From: an uncultured delta proteobacterium | GTDB lineage: Bacteria; Desulfobacterota; Syntrophorhabdia; Syntrophorhabdales; WCHB1-27 | Direction of reading: 5' to 3' | NCBI GenBank assembly: GCA_963810935.1 | Contig: CAWEPK010000008.1 | Location: 320,001-384,000, forward strand | Length of the DNA: 64,000 nt | The notes under the pieces: generated by a model | What the model saw: only the letters and a program-made list of their open reading frames with translations | Databases searched by the model: none | What the model was told of the DNA's origin: nothing | Program-made: the position numbers and the translations under genes | In this document: piece after piece, positions 9,480 to 18,513 of the stretch | Position numbering within the stretch: position 1 is the stretch's first letter | Layout: every line of letters begins with the position of its first letter

Positions 9480-9632
9480 CTATATCGGCTCCAGGTAGAG
9501 TTCTATAGCTTCTCTTATGTTCCTAATCGCATCTTCCATGTCGTCGCCTTCGCTCAGGCAGCCCGGCAAAGCGGGAACGGATGCGACGTATCCGCCTTCT
9601 TCGCTGGGCTCCAGTACGATTTCCAATTGCAT
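9480..9632 (-). CDS. hicB: HicB-family antitoxin (short, 50 aa)
   Basis: Below the ORF-track cutoff. Manual translation MQLEIVLEPSEEGGYVASVPALPGCLSEGDDMEDAIRNIREAIELYLEPI; GAGG RBS. Confidence 0.85.
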   Translation of the reverse strand: MQLEIVLEPSEEGGYVASVPALPGCLSEGDDMEDAIRNIREAIELYLEPI

Positions 9633-9708
9633 AGCCCACCTCTGTCAGAAGTATATACCATTTGCAGATTAGGATGATAAGGATTATGGCTCGCTTACGG
9701 CCTTGCTT

Positions 9709-9834
9709 CGGCCGGGGTAGTTTCGATGGATTTTCCGTTGTTTTTCGACGGCGCCCGACGAGGCTGTACAGTTGGAGTACGCCGAGGAGGCGCGCCGAGA
9801 AAACGGCGGAAAAGGCGCGAAAGGACCCCGGCCG
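9709..9834. repeat. Dispersed palindromic element, copy A (~126 bp)
   Basis: Perfect 10-bp terminal inverted repeat CGGCCGGGGT/ACCCCGGCCG with nested pairings; aligns by eye with the reverse complement of 42709-42836 and with 16819-16973. Confidence 0.8.
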
Positions 9835-9868
9835 CGTGACCACCGGGGCCGCGCCGCCTAACGCTCAC

Positions 9869-10765
9869 CTATACTACACTCGCAATAGCTTCCTGTATTT
9901 CCGGATACCGAAATGCGAAGCCGCTGCTGATCAGGCGGCGCGGAATGACCCTTTGCCCCTTTAATACCACCGAACCGAATTCTCCCAGAATCAGGCGGAC
10001 CATGAAGGCCGGGGCCGGCAGGAAGGATGGGCGGTGAAGCGCCTTGCCCAATGCCCGCGCAAGGTCCCTGTTCCTTACGGGGTTCGGCGCGCAAAGGTTC
10101 ACCGGTCCGGTAATTTCGGGATGAAGGAGGAGAAAAGCAAACGCCTCCGTCAAATCATGCATATGTATCCACGAGAACCATTGGCGCCCGCTGCCTATCG
10201 GCCCGCCGACGAACTTCCTGAAAAGGGGTATCATCTGGCCGATCGCCCCGCCTTTCGGGCCGAGAACGATACCGAACCGGGTTGTCACTACCCTCGCCCC
10301 CTTCTCGCGCGCTTTTAGAGCTTCCGCCTCCCAGTCGACTGCCAGTGTAGCGAGAAAGTCGTCTCCAGGCGGCGACTCCTCGGTCAGTACCTCGTCTTCG
10401 TGGAAACCGTAGTATCCCACGGCCGACGTGCTGAACAGGGTAAAAGGCTTTTCGGCCGGGATACCTTCCACCAGATGTCTCGTCGTCGCGAGCCTGCTCT
10501 CTCTTATCAGTTTCTTCTGCTCAGGCGTCCACTTCGTAAATATGGACGCCCCGGCAAGGTTGACGGCCGCATCGTGCCTGCCGACGACCTCCTGCCAGGG
10601 TCCGCGTCGGGTCGGGTCGGCCTCAACGAAGACCAATCCGGGCAAATCCGCTCTGCCCCGCTCGCCGGGACGTTCCAACACAGTTACCGTATGGCCGTCC
10701 TTCGCGAAGCGGGCGGCAAGGCTTGTGCCGACAAAACCCGTTCCCCCGGTCATCAGGATTTTCAT
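9869..10765 (-). CDS. TIGR01777-family NAD-dependent epimerase/oxidoreductase
   Basis: MKILMTGGTGFVG, VNLAGASI, SAVGYYG, RFGIVLG, GSGRQWFSWIH. Confidence 0.92.
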   Translation of the reverse strand: MKILMTGGTGFVGTSLAARFAKDGHTVTVLERPGERGRADLPGLVFVEADPTRRGPWQEVVGRHDAAVNLAGASIFTKWTPEQKKLIRESRLATTRHLVEGIPAEKPFTLFSTSAVGYYGFHEDEVLTEESPPGDDFLATLAVDWEAEALKAREKGARVVTTRFGIVLGPKGGAIGQMIPLFRKFVGGPIGSGRQWFSWIHMHDLTEAFAFLLLHPEITGPVNLCAPNPVRNRDLARALGKALHRPSFLPAPAFMVRLILGEFGSVVLKGQRVIPRRLISSGFAFRYPEIQEAIASVV

Positions 10766-10845
10766 GGATTGCCCTTCCTGTCTGTAATCGTTACCTTTCA
10801 TATAATCACTTTTTCTGTCGCGGAGAAGACGGAGGCTGCCTCACT

Positions 10846-11346
10846 ATGCGAAAGGTTATCGTCAACGACACGATGCAGCGCAATTACACATACGTCCTGA
10901 GCGAACCGGAAGGCAAGAACTTCCATCCCGGTTTCACGCCCGATTTGACGCCCGGCGAGATCCTGCGGCTTGGCGTTTTCGGCGGCAAATATATGACCGA
11001 CTGCCGGAAAGAATTCCCGGAGGCATGGTTCAAGAGCGCTAAGTTGTGTCATGAGCGCCACGACCCGGTATTGAACTTCTTCGGGGTGAACGCTTCATTG
11101 CCACTTTCCGAATGGAGGAAGCGGGGGTGGATCTATCACGAGGACCCGAGGGGCTGGTTCCAGTGGTATTGCAGGTACTACATTGGACGAAGATGCACCG
11201 ATGACGCACGTCAGATCAGGCGGTGGAGGGCGATCAAAAGACACATAAGTCAGATCGTCCGTAATTGCCGCCCCGGCGACCTCGGCTGCCGCAAGAGGCA
11301 GAGACAGGCTGTCCTTCATTGGGCCTACGACAGCCGGAAAATATAA
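10846..11346 (+). CDS. Conserved hypothetical protein (GWFQWYCRYY.GRR motif)
   Basis: 166 aa; PDLTP.EIL.LGVFGGKY, DPRGWFQWYCRYYIGRR, RQIRRW, RQAVLHWAYD; GGAGG RBS. Confidence 0.8.
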   Translation: MRKVIVNDTMQRNYTYVLSEPEGKNFHPGFTPDLTPGEILRLGVFGGKYMTDCRKEFPEAWFKSAKLCHERHDPVLNFFGVNASLPLSEWRKRGWIYHEDPRGWFQWYCRYYIGRRCTDDARQIRRWRAIKRHISQIVRNCRPGDLGCRKRQRQAVLHWAYDSRKI

Positions 11347-11441
11347 GAATCTTCAGACGCCACGCGTTCGAGCCGGCCGCAAGCCCCCTTGTTTCTGCGC
11401 CGATCGTAGGGTAAAATAGGCGGACGGAAGGCAAGGGAGAT

Positions 11442-13409
11442 ATGGGCAAGAACATCGTAGAGAAAGTATTTCAGGCACATTTGAAAGACGGTGCATATGT
11501 GCCCGGCCAGACCATAGGCATAGCAATCGATCAAACCCTCACCCAGGACGCGACCGGCACTATGACCTATCTGCAATTCGAGGCGCTCGGGGTGGACCGC
11601 GTCCGCACCGCCCTCTCCGTCAATTACGTAGACCACAACACGCTCCAGGTCGGCTTCGAGAACTCGGACGACCACCTATACCTGGAAAGCGTTTGCGCCC
11701 GGTTCGGGGTCGTCTACTCGCGGGCTGGCAACGGCATTTGCCACCAGGTCCACCTGGAGCGCTTCGGCAAGCCGGGCACCACGCTCCTCGGCGCAGACAG
11801 CCACACGACGACGGGCGGGGGCATCGGCCAAGTCGCAATCGGCGCAGGTGGGCTCGACGTGGCGCTCGCCATGGCGGGCAGCCCATTCTATTTGACGTGC
11901 CCAAAAGTCTGCCTTGTCAGGCTTTCCGGCAGCCTCCCTGACTGGGTGACGGCAAAAGATATCGTGCTCAAGGTGCTCTCCATCATCACGACGACAGGTA
12001 ACGTAGGCGTGGTCCTCGAATACGGAGGGCCGGGCGTAGCGGGCCTTTCCGTGCCCCAGCGCGCGACGGTAGCGAACATGGGCGCGGAGACGGGCGTCAC
12101 CACGTCCGTCTTCCCTTCAGACGAAGTGACGCGGGCCTTTCTGAAAGCCCAGGGCCGCGAAGCCGACTGGCAGCCCCTCGCGCCGGACGCTGACGCCCGG
12201 TACGACAGCGTCATCGACATCGATCTGTCCGCGCTTGAGCCGCTCGTCAGCCTGCCCCACAGCCCCGGCAACGTAGCCAGGATATCGGACGTCGGCCCCA
12301 TGCCCGTCGATCAGGTCTGCATCGGGTCGTGCACCAATTCTTCTTACCATGACCTTATGGTCGCCGCCGCAATCCTCAAAGGGCGCAGGGTCCACCCACG
12401 CGTCAGCCTCGGCATCGCGCCGGGCTCCCGCCAGGTTCTCCGGATGCTCGTGCGGGACGGTGGACTGGCCGACCTGATAGCTGCGGGCGGACGCCTCATG
12501 GAATCTGCCTGCGGCTTCTGCGTGGGCAATCACTTCTCGCCCAGGAGCATGGGTGTCTCCGTGAGGACGTCGAACCGCAACTTCGAGGGGCGCTCCGGCA
12601 CCAAGGACGCAAAGGTCTACCTGGCAAGCCCGGAGGCAGCAGCAGTCGCAGCGGTAACGGGGCAGCTCGCCGATCCGCGGGCCTTCGGCATGCCATACCC
12701 GAAGATCGCGGAGCCGGAAACCTACCTGATCGACGATTCCATGTTCGTATTCCCTACGCCGGAGATGGCGGATACGCCCATCGTGCGCGGGCCGAACATA
12801 GGCGAGCCGCCGAAGAACGGCGCAATGCCTCCCGACCTGGACGGCGTGGCAGTGATAAAAGTGGGCGACCGCATCACAACGGACCACATCATGCCTGCCG
12901 GAGAACGGCTGAAGTTCCGCTCGAACGTCCCGAAGTACGCCCGCTATGTCTTCGAGAACATCGACCCCGGCTTTGCCGGCACCTGTATGGAGAACAAGGC
13001 CCGCGGAGTGCACAACGTGATCGTGGCGGGCGACTCCTACGGGCAAGGGTCGAGCCGCGAGCACGCGGCGCTTTGCCCCATGTACCTGGGCGTCAAGGCG
13101 GTCATAGCAAAGTCGTTCGAGCGCATCCACGCTGCAAACCTTGTGAACTTCGGCATAATACCGATGGTCTTCGCCGACGCGGCAGATTACGATAAAGTGC
13201 AGGCGGGCGACCGGCTTACGGCCCCCGGCTGGCGCGATGCAGTCGCGAAAGGTGCGCCGGTCATCGTGCGGAATGGGCGCACGGGCGAGACGTTCGCCTG
13301 CATCTGCCAGATCTCCGAAAAACAACGCGCCATCGTCGCTGCGGGCGGCCTGCTCAATTACGTATCGGCCAGCAGAGACGCGGGAGACCCTGCATATGTC
13401 GAAGATTAA
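11442..13409 (+). CDS. acnA: Aconitate hydratase
   Basis: [55 protein letters not shown]. Confidence 0.92.
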   Translation: MGKNIVEKVFQAHLKDGAYVPGQTIGIAIDQTLTQDATGTMTYLQFEALGVDRVRTALSVNYVDHNTLQVGFENSDDHLYLESVCARFGVVYSRAGNGICHQVHLERFGKPGTTLLGADSHTTTGGGIGQVAIGAGGLDVALAMAGSPFYLTCPKVCLVRLSGSLPDWVTAKDIVLKVLSIITTTGNVGVVLEYGGPGVAGLSVPQRATVANMGAETGVTTSVFPSDEVTRAFLKAQGREADWQPLAPDADARYDSVIDIDLSALEPLVSLPHSPGNVARISDVGPMPVDQVCIGSCTNSSYHDLMVAAAILKGRRVHPRVSLGIAPGSRQVLRMLVRDGGLADLIAAGGRLMESACGFCVGNHFSPRSMGVSVRTSNRNFEGRSGTKDAKVYLASPEAAAVAAVTGQLADPRAFGMPYPKIAEPETYLIDDSMFVFPTPEMADTPIVRGPNIGEPPKNGAMPPDLDGVAVIKVGDRITTDHIMPAGERLKFRSNVPKYARYVFENIDPGFAGTCMENKARGVHNVIVAGDSYGQGSSREHAALCPMYLGVKAVIAKSFERIHAANLVNFGIIPMVFADAADYDKVQAGDRLTAPGWRDAVAKGAPVIVRNGRTGETFACICQISEKQRAIVAAGGLLNYVSASRDAGDPAYVED

Positions 13410-14592
13410 GGTAAAGACCCCGATAGTCGAAATGGACGGCGACGAGATGACGCGCGTCATCTGGGGCCTCGTCAAAGAGCGCCTGATCCTGCCGTTCTTC
13501 GACATCCCCCTCGAATATTACGACCTCGGCATGAAAGTGCGCGACGCCACGGACGACCGGGTGACCCTGGAGGCGGCAAACGCCGTGCGGCGGCTTGGCG
13601 TAGGCGTGAAGTGCGCGACCATCACGGCCGACGAGCAGCGCATAACGGAGTACGGGCTCAAGAAGGCATGGCCTTCGCCGAACGGGACGATACGCTCGGT
13701 CCTCGACGGCACCGTGTTCCGCAAGCCCATTATCGCCGGCAACATCGCGCCTGCCGTCCGCTCGTGGAAAAAACCGATCATTATCGGCAGACACGCTTAC
13801 GGAGACATTTACAGCGGCGTAGAGATGAAGATCGACCGGCCCGGACGCGTCGACCTTGTTTACACCGATTCGGAAGGCCGGGAGAGCCGCCTGCCCGTCC
13901 ACGACTTCAAAAGCGCGGGCGTCGTAATGGCGATACACAACCTGGAGCCGTCGGTGCGCTCCTTCGCGAAGTCCTGCATCAACTACGCCCTCGACGAAGG
14001 CACGGACCTCTGGTTCTCGATGAAGGACACGATCAGCAAGAAGTACCACGCCTTTTTCAGGGACGTCTTCGCGCAAGAGGTGGCGGTCCGCAAGTCCGAC
14101 CTCGACGCGGCAGGCATCGCATACAGCTACATGCTCATCGACGACGCGGCCGCACGGATGATGAAGCAGGAGGGAGGCATCCTCTGGGCAGTCAGCAACT
14201 ACGACGGCGACGTCTTCTCCGACGTTATCGCCGCGGGGTTCGGCAGCCTCGGCATGATGACCTCCGTGCTCGTCTCGCCGGACGGTAAATACGAGTTCGA
14301 GGCGGCCCACGGAACGGTGAGACGCCATTATTACGAGCACCTGAAAGGCAGGTCGACGAGCACGAACCCCGTGGCGTCCATCTTCGCCTGGACCGGCGCA
14401 ATCAAAAAGCGCGCAGAGCTCGACGGCGACGCAGAGCCGGCCGCCTTTGCCCGCAAGATCGAGGCGGCAGTGGTTGCCTGCGTCGAGGCAGGCATTGCCA
14501 CGAAAGACCTCACCCCGTTAATAACGCCCCAGCCGGACCGCCCCCGCACGACCGAAGAATTCATCGACGCAGTAGCAGCGCGCATCATCTAG
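13396..14592 (+). CDS. icd: NADP-dependent isocitrate dehydrogenase
   Basis: [41 protein letters not shown]; start trimmed to MSKIKVK. Confidence 0.95.
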   Translation: MSKIKVKTPIVEMDGDEMTRVIWGLVKERLILPFFDIPLEYYDLGMKVRDATDDRVTLEAANAVRRLGVGVKCATITADEQRITEYGLKKAWPSPNGTIRSVLDGTVFRKPIIAGNIAPAVRSWKKPIIIGRHAYGDIYSGVEMKIDRPGRVDLVYTDSEGRESRLPVHDFKSAGVVMAIHNLEPSVRSFAKSCINYALDEGTDLWFSMKDTISKKYHAFFRDVFAQEVAVRKSDLDAAGIAYSYMLIDDAAARMMKQEGGILWAVSNYDGDVFSDVIAAGFGSLGMMTSVLVSPDGKYEFEAAHGTVRRHYYEHLKGRSTSTNPVASIFAWTGAIKKRAELDGDAEPAAFARKIEAAVVACVEAGIATKDLTPLITPQPDRPRTTEEFIDAVAARII

Positions 14593-14632
14593 CGTATCGT
14601 TTCAACAATAACTTTACCCTGAGCCCAGTGGT

Positions 14633-14699
14633 CGTCATTCCGGCGAACGCCGGAATCCAGGCGAAAAAGACTGGATGCCGGATCCAGTCCGGCATGGCG
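14633..14699. repeat. CGTC-type REP-like palindromic dimer
   Basis: CGTCATTCCGGCGAACGCCGGAATCCAG ... CTGGATGCCGGATCCAGTCCGGCATGGCG, two hairpins in inverted arrangement downstream of icd. Confidence 0.75.
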
Positions 14700-14788
14700 T
14701 AATTGCGGAGTTATCCGGCCAGTGTACTGTCTCGGTGGGCCTGCCGTTTTTGGCTGCTTTTTTGCCCTCCCGTGTTATACTACGATTC

Positions 14789-15841
14789 ATGAGAAAGAGG
14801 GAGCCGAGAAGGAAAGAAATCCGTGTCAAGCGCATGGTCCTCATTATCGTCGCCATCATCTGCGTCGGGACCATCGGATACAGGCTTCTCGGGAAACCGA
14901 ACACTACCCTTCTCGACGCCCTTTACATGACGGTGACCACCCTCACGACGGTCGGCTATGAAGACCACGTGGGGGTCCACAACTCGACGGCCGGCAAAGT
15001 CTTTTCGATTGTCTATCTCTTCGTCAGCGTCGGCGCGATGTTCTACCTCTTTACGGCCCTGGCTGCTTACATGGTCGAAGGAGAGGTAAGGAAGGTCTTC
15101 AGGAGGAGAAGCATGGAGAAACGCATCGAAAAGCTGAAGGGCCACTATATTGTCTGCGGGATCGGCATGGTGGGCCTTTACATAGTCCACGAGCTATATG
15201 AGACGAAGAGGCGGCAAGTCGCCCTCGATTCCGACCCCGCCCAGCTCGAGGTCCTGAGTACGCGCAACATCGACGTCCCGATGCTCGTCGGCGACGCGAC
15301 GGAAAACGAGGTGCTCGAGAAAGCGATGATAAGGGAGGCAAAGGGCCTCTTCGCCACGACCAACTCCGACAACGACAACATCGTCATCGCCCTAACGGCC
15401 AAGCAGTTGAACCCTTCCCTGCGCGTAGTCTGCAGGTGCAACGACACGAAGAATATCGAGAAGATAAAGCGCGCGGGCGCAGATACCGTAGTCGCCCTCA
15501 ACTACATCGGCGGCCTCCGCATGGCGTCCGACATGACGAGACCCCACGCGACCGATTTCCTTGAATCGATGCTGCACGACAGGGAACAAGCATTACGCGT
15601 GGAAGAGGTCCGTGTGCCTGAAGACTCGAAATACATGGGCAGGCTCGTCGGAGACCTGGACTTCACGAATATGGGCAACATGCTCCTTCTCGCAGTGAGG
15701 AAAGAAGGCGGCAAGTGGATATACAACCCACCGGCGACACTAGCGCTCGAAAAAGATATGCACCTGATAGTCCTGGCGACGCCGGAAGAGCGCAAACTCC
15801 TGCAATACGAGCTACAATCGACGGAGGGCGGGCAGGCGTAA
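14789..15841 (+). CDS. Potassium channel protein with TrkA-N/TrkA-C (RCK) domains
   Basis: TLTTVGY pore motif, HYIVCGIG Rossmann motif, GDAT, C-terminal TrkA-C. Confidence 0.9.
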   Translation: MRKREPRRKEIRVKRMVLIIVAIICVGTIGYRLLGKPNTTLLDALYMTVTTLTTVGYEDHVGVHNSTAGKVFSIVYLFVSVGAMFYLFTALAAYMVEGEVRKVFRRRSMEKRIEKLKGHYIVCGIGMVGLYIVHELYETKRRQVALDSDPAQLEVLSTRNIDVPMLVGDATENEVLEKAMIREAKGLFATTNSDNDNIVIALTAKQLNPSLRVVCRCNDTKNIEKIKRAGADTVVALNYIGGLRMASDMTRPHATDFLESMLHDREQALRVEEVRVPEDSKYMGRLVGDLDFTNMGNMLLLAVRKEGGKWIYNPPATLALEKDMHLIVLATPEERKLLQYELQSTEGGQA

Positions 15842-16156
15842 GCCGGCGGGGGCTGGGGACCGTTAGCGCAGAAACAACGGAAAGGCGGTTTTCAGCGGCT
15901 GGACTCGCGCCTACTGCAGAATCGCGCCTATCACGATTTCTTGAGGCGATCCTCCGGGCCGCTGCCGCCGCAATCGAATAAAGAGCACCCGTTGGGCGGC
16001 GGCAAAAGTTATTTTAGACCTCACGGCCGGAAGACACATCCCGACGTACTTCCAAGACTGCAGAGATGCGGGCGTAGCGACGCCATAATTCATTAATTAG
16101 TAATGATCGCCCGCACTGGCCAGCCCGTTGCCCACCCAGATGGATAGAACAATTTC

Positions 16157-16197
16157 TTGACAATTTAAGATATATAAGATAGCCTTCTTATATATCT
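16157..16197 (+). promoter_or_regulatory. Sigma70 promoter with a perfect 12-bp inverted-repeat operator flanking the -10 box
   Basis: TTGACA (16157-16162), 17 nt, TAGCCT (16180-16185); AGATATATAAGA (16168-16179) / TCTTATATATCT (16186-16197). Confidence 0.65.
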
Positions 16198-16218
16198 ACC
16201 AATATTAAGGAGGACATC

Positions 16219-16797
16219 ATGTTGACCGCGGGCTCTGTTGAGGAAATTCTTAGAGTCATTAAGAAAACGAAAGAGTATTACGTAGGCGGGGAGTCGGTAG
16301 GTAAGGCATACATTTTGGCTTGTAGGCTCGTCAGTAAGAATAGGAAGTTTTACCAAACGGTTGCTGATGGATGCACAAGACGGCTTGGTTTTGTTGGCCG
16401 TGGGGCGACAGCAGCATTTCAACGAGTTCTTCGTGAGTGGATCGATGGTGACGGAAACAACTTGAAAAAGATTCTTCTAACGAAGGCTGACAAAACGGCC
16501 TCGGGGATGATATTGGCGTTCTTTGATGAGAAGGCAGCCAGCAGTGGGATCAAAGAAACAAAGGTGGGTGCAAACACAAGTCAGGATACGGAAATCATAT
16601 CCTTTCGTCTCCCTGTGTCACTCGTGCAACAATTGAAGGTACTTGCGGAAGCTAGGGGACAATCACCAGTTGAATGGGTTTCTAAGACCGTGATCGCTGC
16701 TATAGATGCCGAGCTTCACGATCTCCTATCAAAGATGATCAAAAATATGCCTGATGAAAATAGGCAGAAGTTTCTGAAAGAATTACAAAAGCAATAG
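16219..16797 (+). CDS. Hypothetical protein with C-terminal ribbon-helix-helix (CopG-like) domain
   Basis: AAGGAGG RBS; AT-richer codon usage; IISFRLPVSLVQQLKVLAEARGQSPVEWV strand-helix-helix pattern. Confidence 0.7.
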   Translation: MLTAGSVEEILRVIKKTKEYYVGGESVGKAYILACRLVSKNRKFYQTVADGCTRRLGFVGRGATAAFQRVLREWIDGDGNNLKKILLTKADKTASGMILAFFDEKAASSGIKETKVGANTSQDTEIISFRLPVSLVQQLKVLAEARGQSPVEWVSKTVIAAIDAELHDLLSKMIKNMPDENRQKFLKELQKQ

Positions 16798-16818
16798 CTC
16801 AGTGGGGAGTTTGGAAAA

Positions 16819-16973
16819 GGGCCGGGAGATTTTCGACGGGCCACCTGCCCGACGTAAGGATAGGAGGGTTGTCCGCGTTCGTTTTGTAGGAAGAGAGCCG
16901 GAGGATACGTTCTGTGTATTAAAGGACTCGCGCCCGAGAAGACGACACTAAAGGCGCCAAAAGATCACGGCCC
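16819..16973. repeat. Dispersed palindromic element, copy B (~155 bp, diverged)
   Basis: GGGCCG...CGGCCC ends; 5' GGCCGGGAGATTTTCGACGG and 3' CGCGCCCGAGAAGACG...AAAGGCGC.AAA.GA...CGGCC resemble copy A. Confidence 0.6.
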
Positions 16974-17038
16974 CATCCCGGCCCCTCCCCCACCCCACCA
17001 ACGGTTGACACACACCCCCGCTAATGGTAATTTTTAGC

Positions 17039-17815
17039 ATGAAAGTAGCTATATCAGGTAAAGGCGGAGTGGGCAAGACGACGCTGGCGGGCGTTATGGC
17101 GCGGGTGCTTGCCGCTCACGGCCATAAGGTCCTCGCTATTGACGCAGACCCCGACGCCAATCTCGGAAGCGCCATCGGCATACCCGCAGAAGACGTGCAG
17201 CGGATGAAGCCGCTGGCTCAGATGCGCGATCTGATAGAAGAGCGGACCGGGGCCAAGAAGGGCGCTTATGGGGCGTATTTCACGCTCAATCCGAAGGTCG
17301 AAGACCTGCCCGACCGGTTCTCTTTATCCAAAGAGGGCGTCAAGCTTATGGTCCTCGGCACCATCCCCCAGGGCGGCGGCGGCTGCTTCTGCCCGGAGAA
17401 CGTGGTGCTCAAGAGCCTGCTCGCCCACGTCTTCGTCGAGAGGCAGGAATACCTCATCGTCGATATGGAGGCGGGGCTGGAGCACCTCGGCAGGGGCACC
17501 ACGGCCTACATGGACGCCCTCATCGTCGTGGTCGAGCCGGGCAGGCGGAGCTTCCAGACGGCCCGCCAGGTGAAGGAGCTTGCGGCAGACCTCGGCATCC
17601 GCCGGGTCTTTGTCGTTGCGAATAAGGTGGCGGGCGACGCGGACCTTGCCATGGTAAAGGAGCACCTTCCCGACATGCCGCTGCTCGGCTCTATGAGCTA
17701 TAACGAGAAGGTGATCGAGGCGGACAAGCTGGGCGTCTCTCCGTACGATACGGACGCCGCGATCAGGGTTGAAGTTGAAAAGATCATAGCAGCCTTCGAA
17801 CAAGCGGCGGCATGA
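17039..17815 (+). CDS. cooC: CO dehydrogenase accessory nickel-insertion ATPase CooC
   Basis: SGKGGVGKTT, DADPDANL, GGGGCFCPEN, DMEAGLEHLGRGT. Confidence 0.9.
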   Translation: MKVAISGKGGVGKTTLAGVMARVLAAHGHKVLAIDADPDANLGSAIGIPAEDVQRMKPLAQMRDLIEERTGAKKGAYGAYFTLNPKVEDLPDRFSLSKEGVKLMVLGTIPQGGGGCFCPENVVLKSLLAHVFVERQEYLIVDMEAGLEHLGRGTTAYMDALIVVVEPGRRSFQTARQVKELAADLGIRRVFVVANKVAGDADLAMVKEHLPDMPLLGSMSYNEKVIEADKLGVSPYDTDAAIRVEVEKIIAAFEQAAA

Positions 17816-18513
17816 GACGCGTCCTTTCCCGGCTGAACCTCGTTTTCACGACGATCTTCCTCGCCCTCATCGCGCTCGCCATAGCGCCTTTCGACCGTAA
17901 GGGCGACAGGGTGCACGCCATGGCATGCTTATGGGCGCGCACCATCCTTGCATGTGCCGGGGTCTCCGTCTCCCTCGAAGGCACGGAGTCGCTGGGCGCG
18001 CCGCCGTTCCTTTTTATGTCGAACCATTCAAGCGGCCTCGATATCCCGGTCCTTCTGGCCGCCATGCCCCTGCCCTTCAAGTTTGTAGCTAAGCGCGAGC
18101 TTTTCCGCATCCCCCTGTTCGGGTGGGCGATAAAAAAAGCGGGCTACATCAGCATCGACAGGGAGAACCCGAGGGAGGCCCTCAAGGCCATTGAAGAGGC
18201 AGTGTCGAAGCTCGCGGAAGGCACGAGCGTGCTCATCTTCCCGGAGGGGACGAGGAGCAAGGACGGACATCTCCTTCCCTTCATGAAGGGCGCGTTCTCC
18301 CTGGCGGCGCGCGCCGGGGCGCCCATCATCCCGCTTGCCATGGTCGGTACGTACAACCTCCAGCCGCCGGGGCATGCCGTGCCCCGCGCGAAGGGGCGCG
18401 TCGAGATCCGTATGGGCAAACCTATACCGATAGAAGGAAAAGGTTTATCCTATAAAGCGGAGCTTATGGAGAAAGTCCGCAGGTCGATAGAGGGTTTGAG
18501 AGATGTCGGATGA
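17812..18513 (+). CDS. plsC: 1-acyl-sn-glycerol-3-phosphate acyltransferase
   Basis: SNHSSGLD, FVAKREL, IFPEGTRS. Confidence 0.9.
   Translation: MRRVLSRLNLVFTTIFLALIALAIAPFDRKGDRVHAMACLWARTILACAGVSVSLEGTESLGAPPFLFMSNHSSGLDIPVLLAAMPLPFKFVAKRELFRIPLFGWAIKKAGYISIDRENPREALKAIEEAVSKLAEGTSVLIFPEGTRSKDGHLLPFMKGAFSLAARAGAPIIPLAMVGTYNLQPPGHAVPRAKGRVEIRMGKPIPIEGKGLSYKAELMEKVRRSIEGLRDVG

Noticed and set aside
9709..9870. Integron attC interpretation of the palindromic elements (GCCTAAC near 9856)
   Set aside because: The elements are not bounded by RYYYAAC...GTTRRRY, the GCCTAAC lies outside the hairpin, and there is no intI
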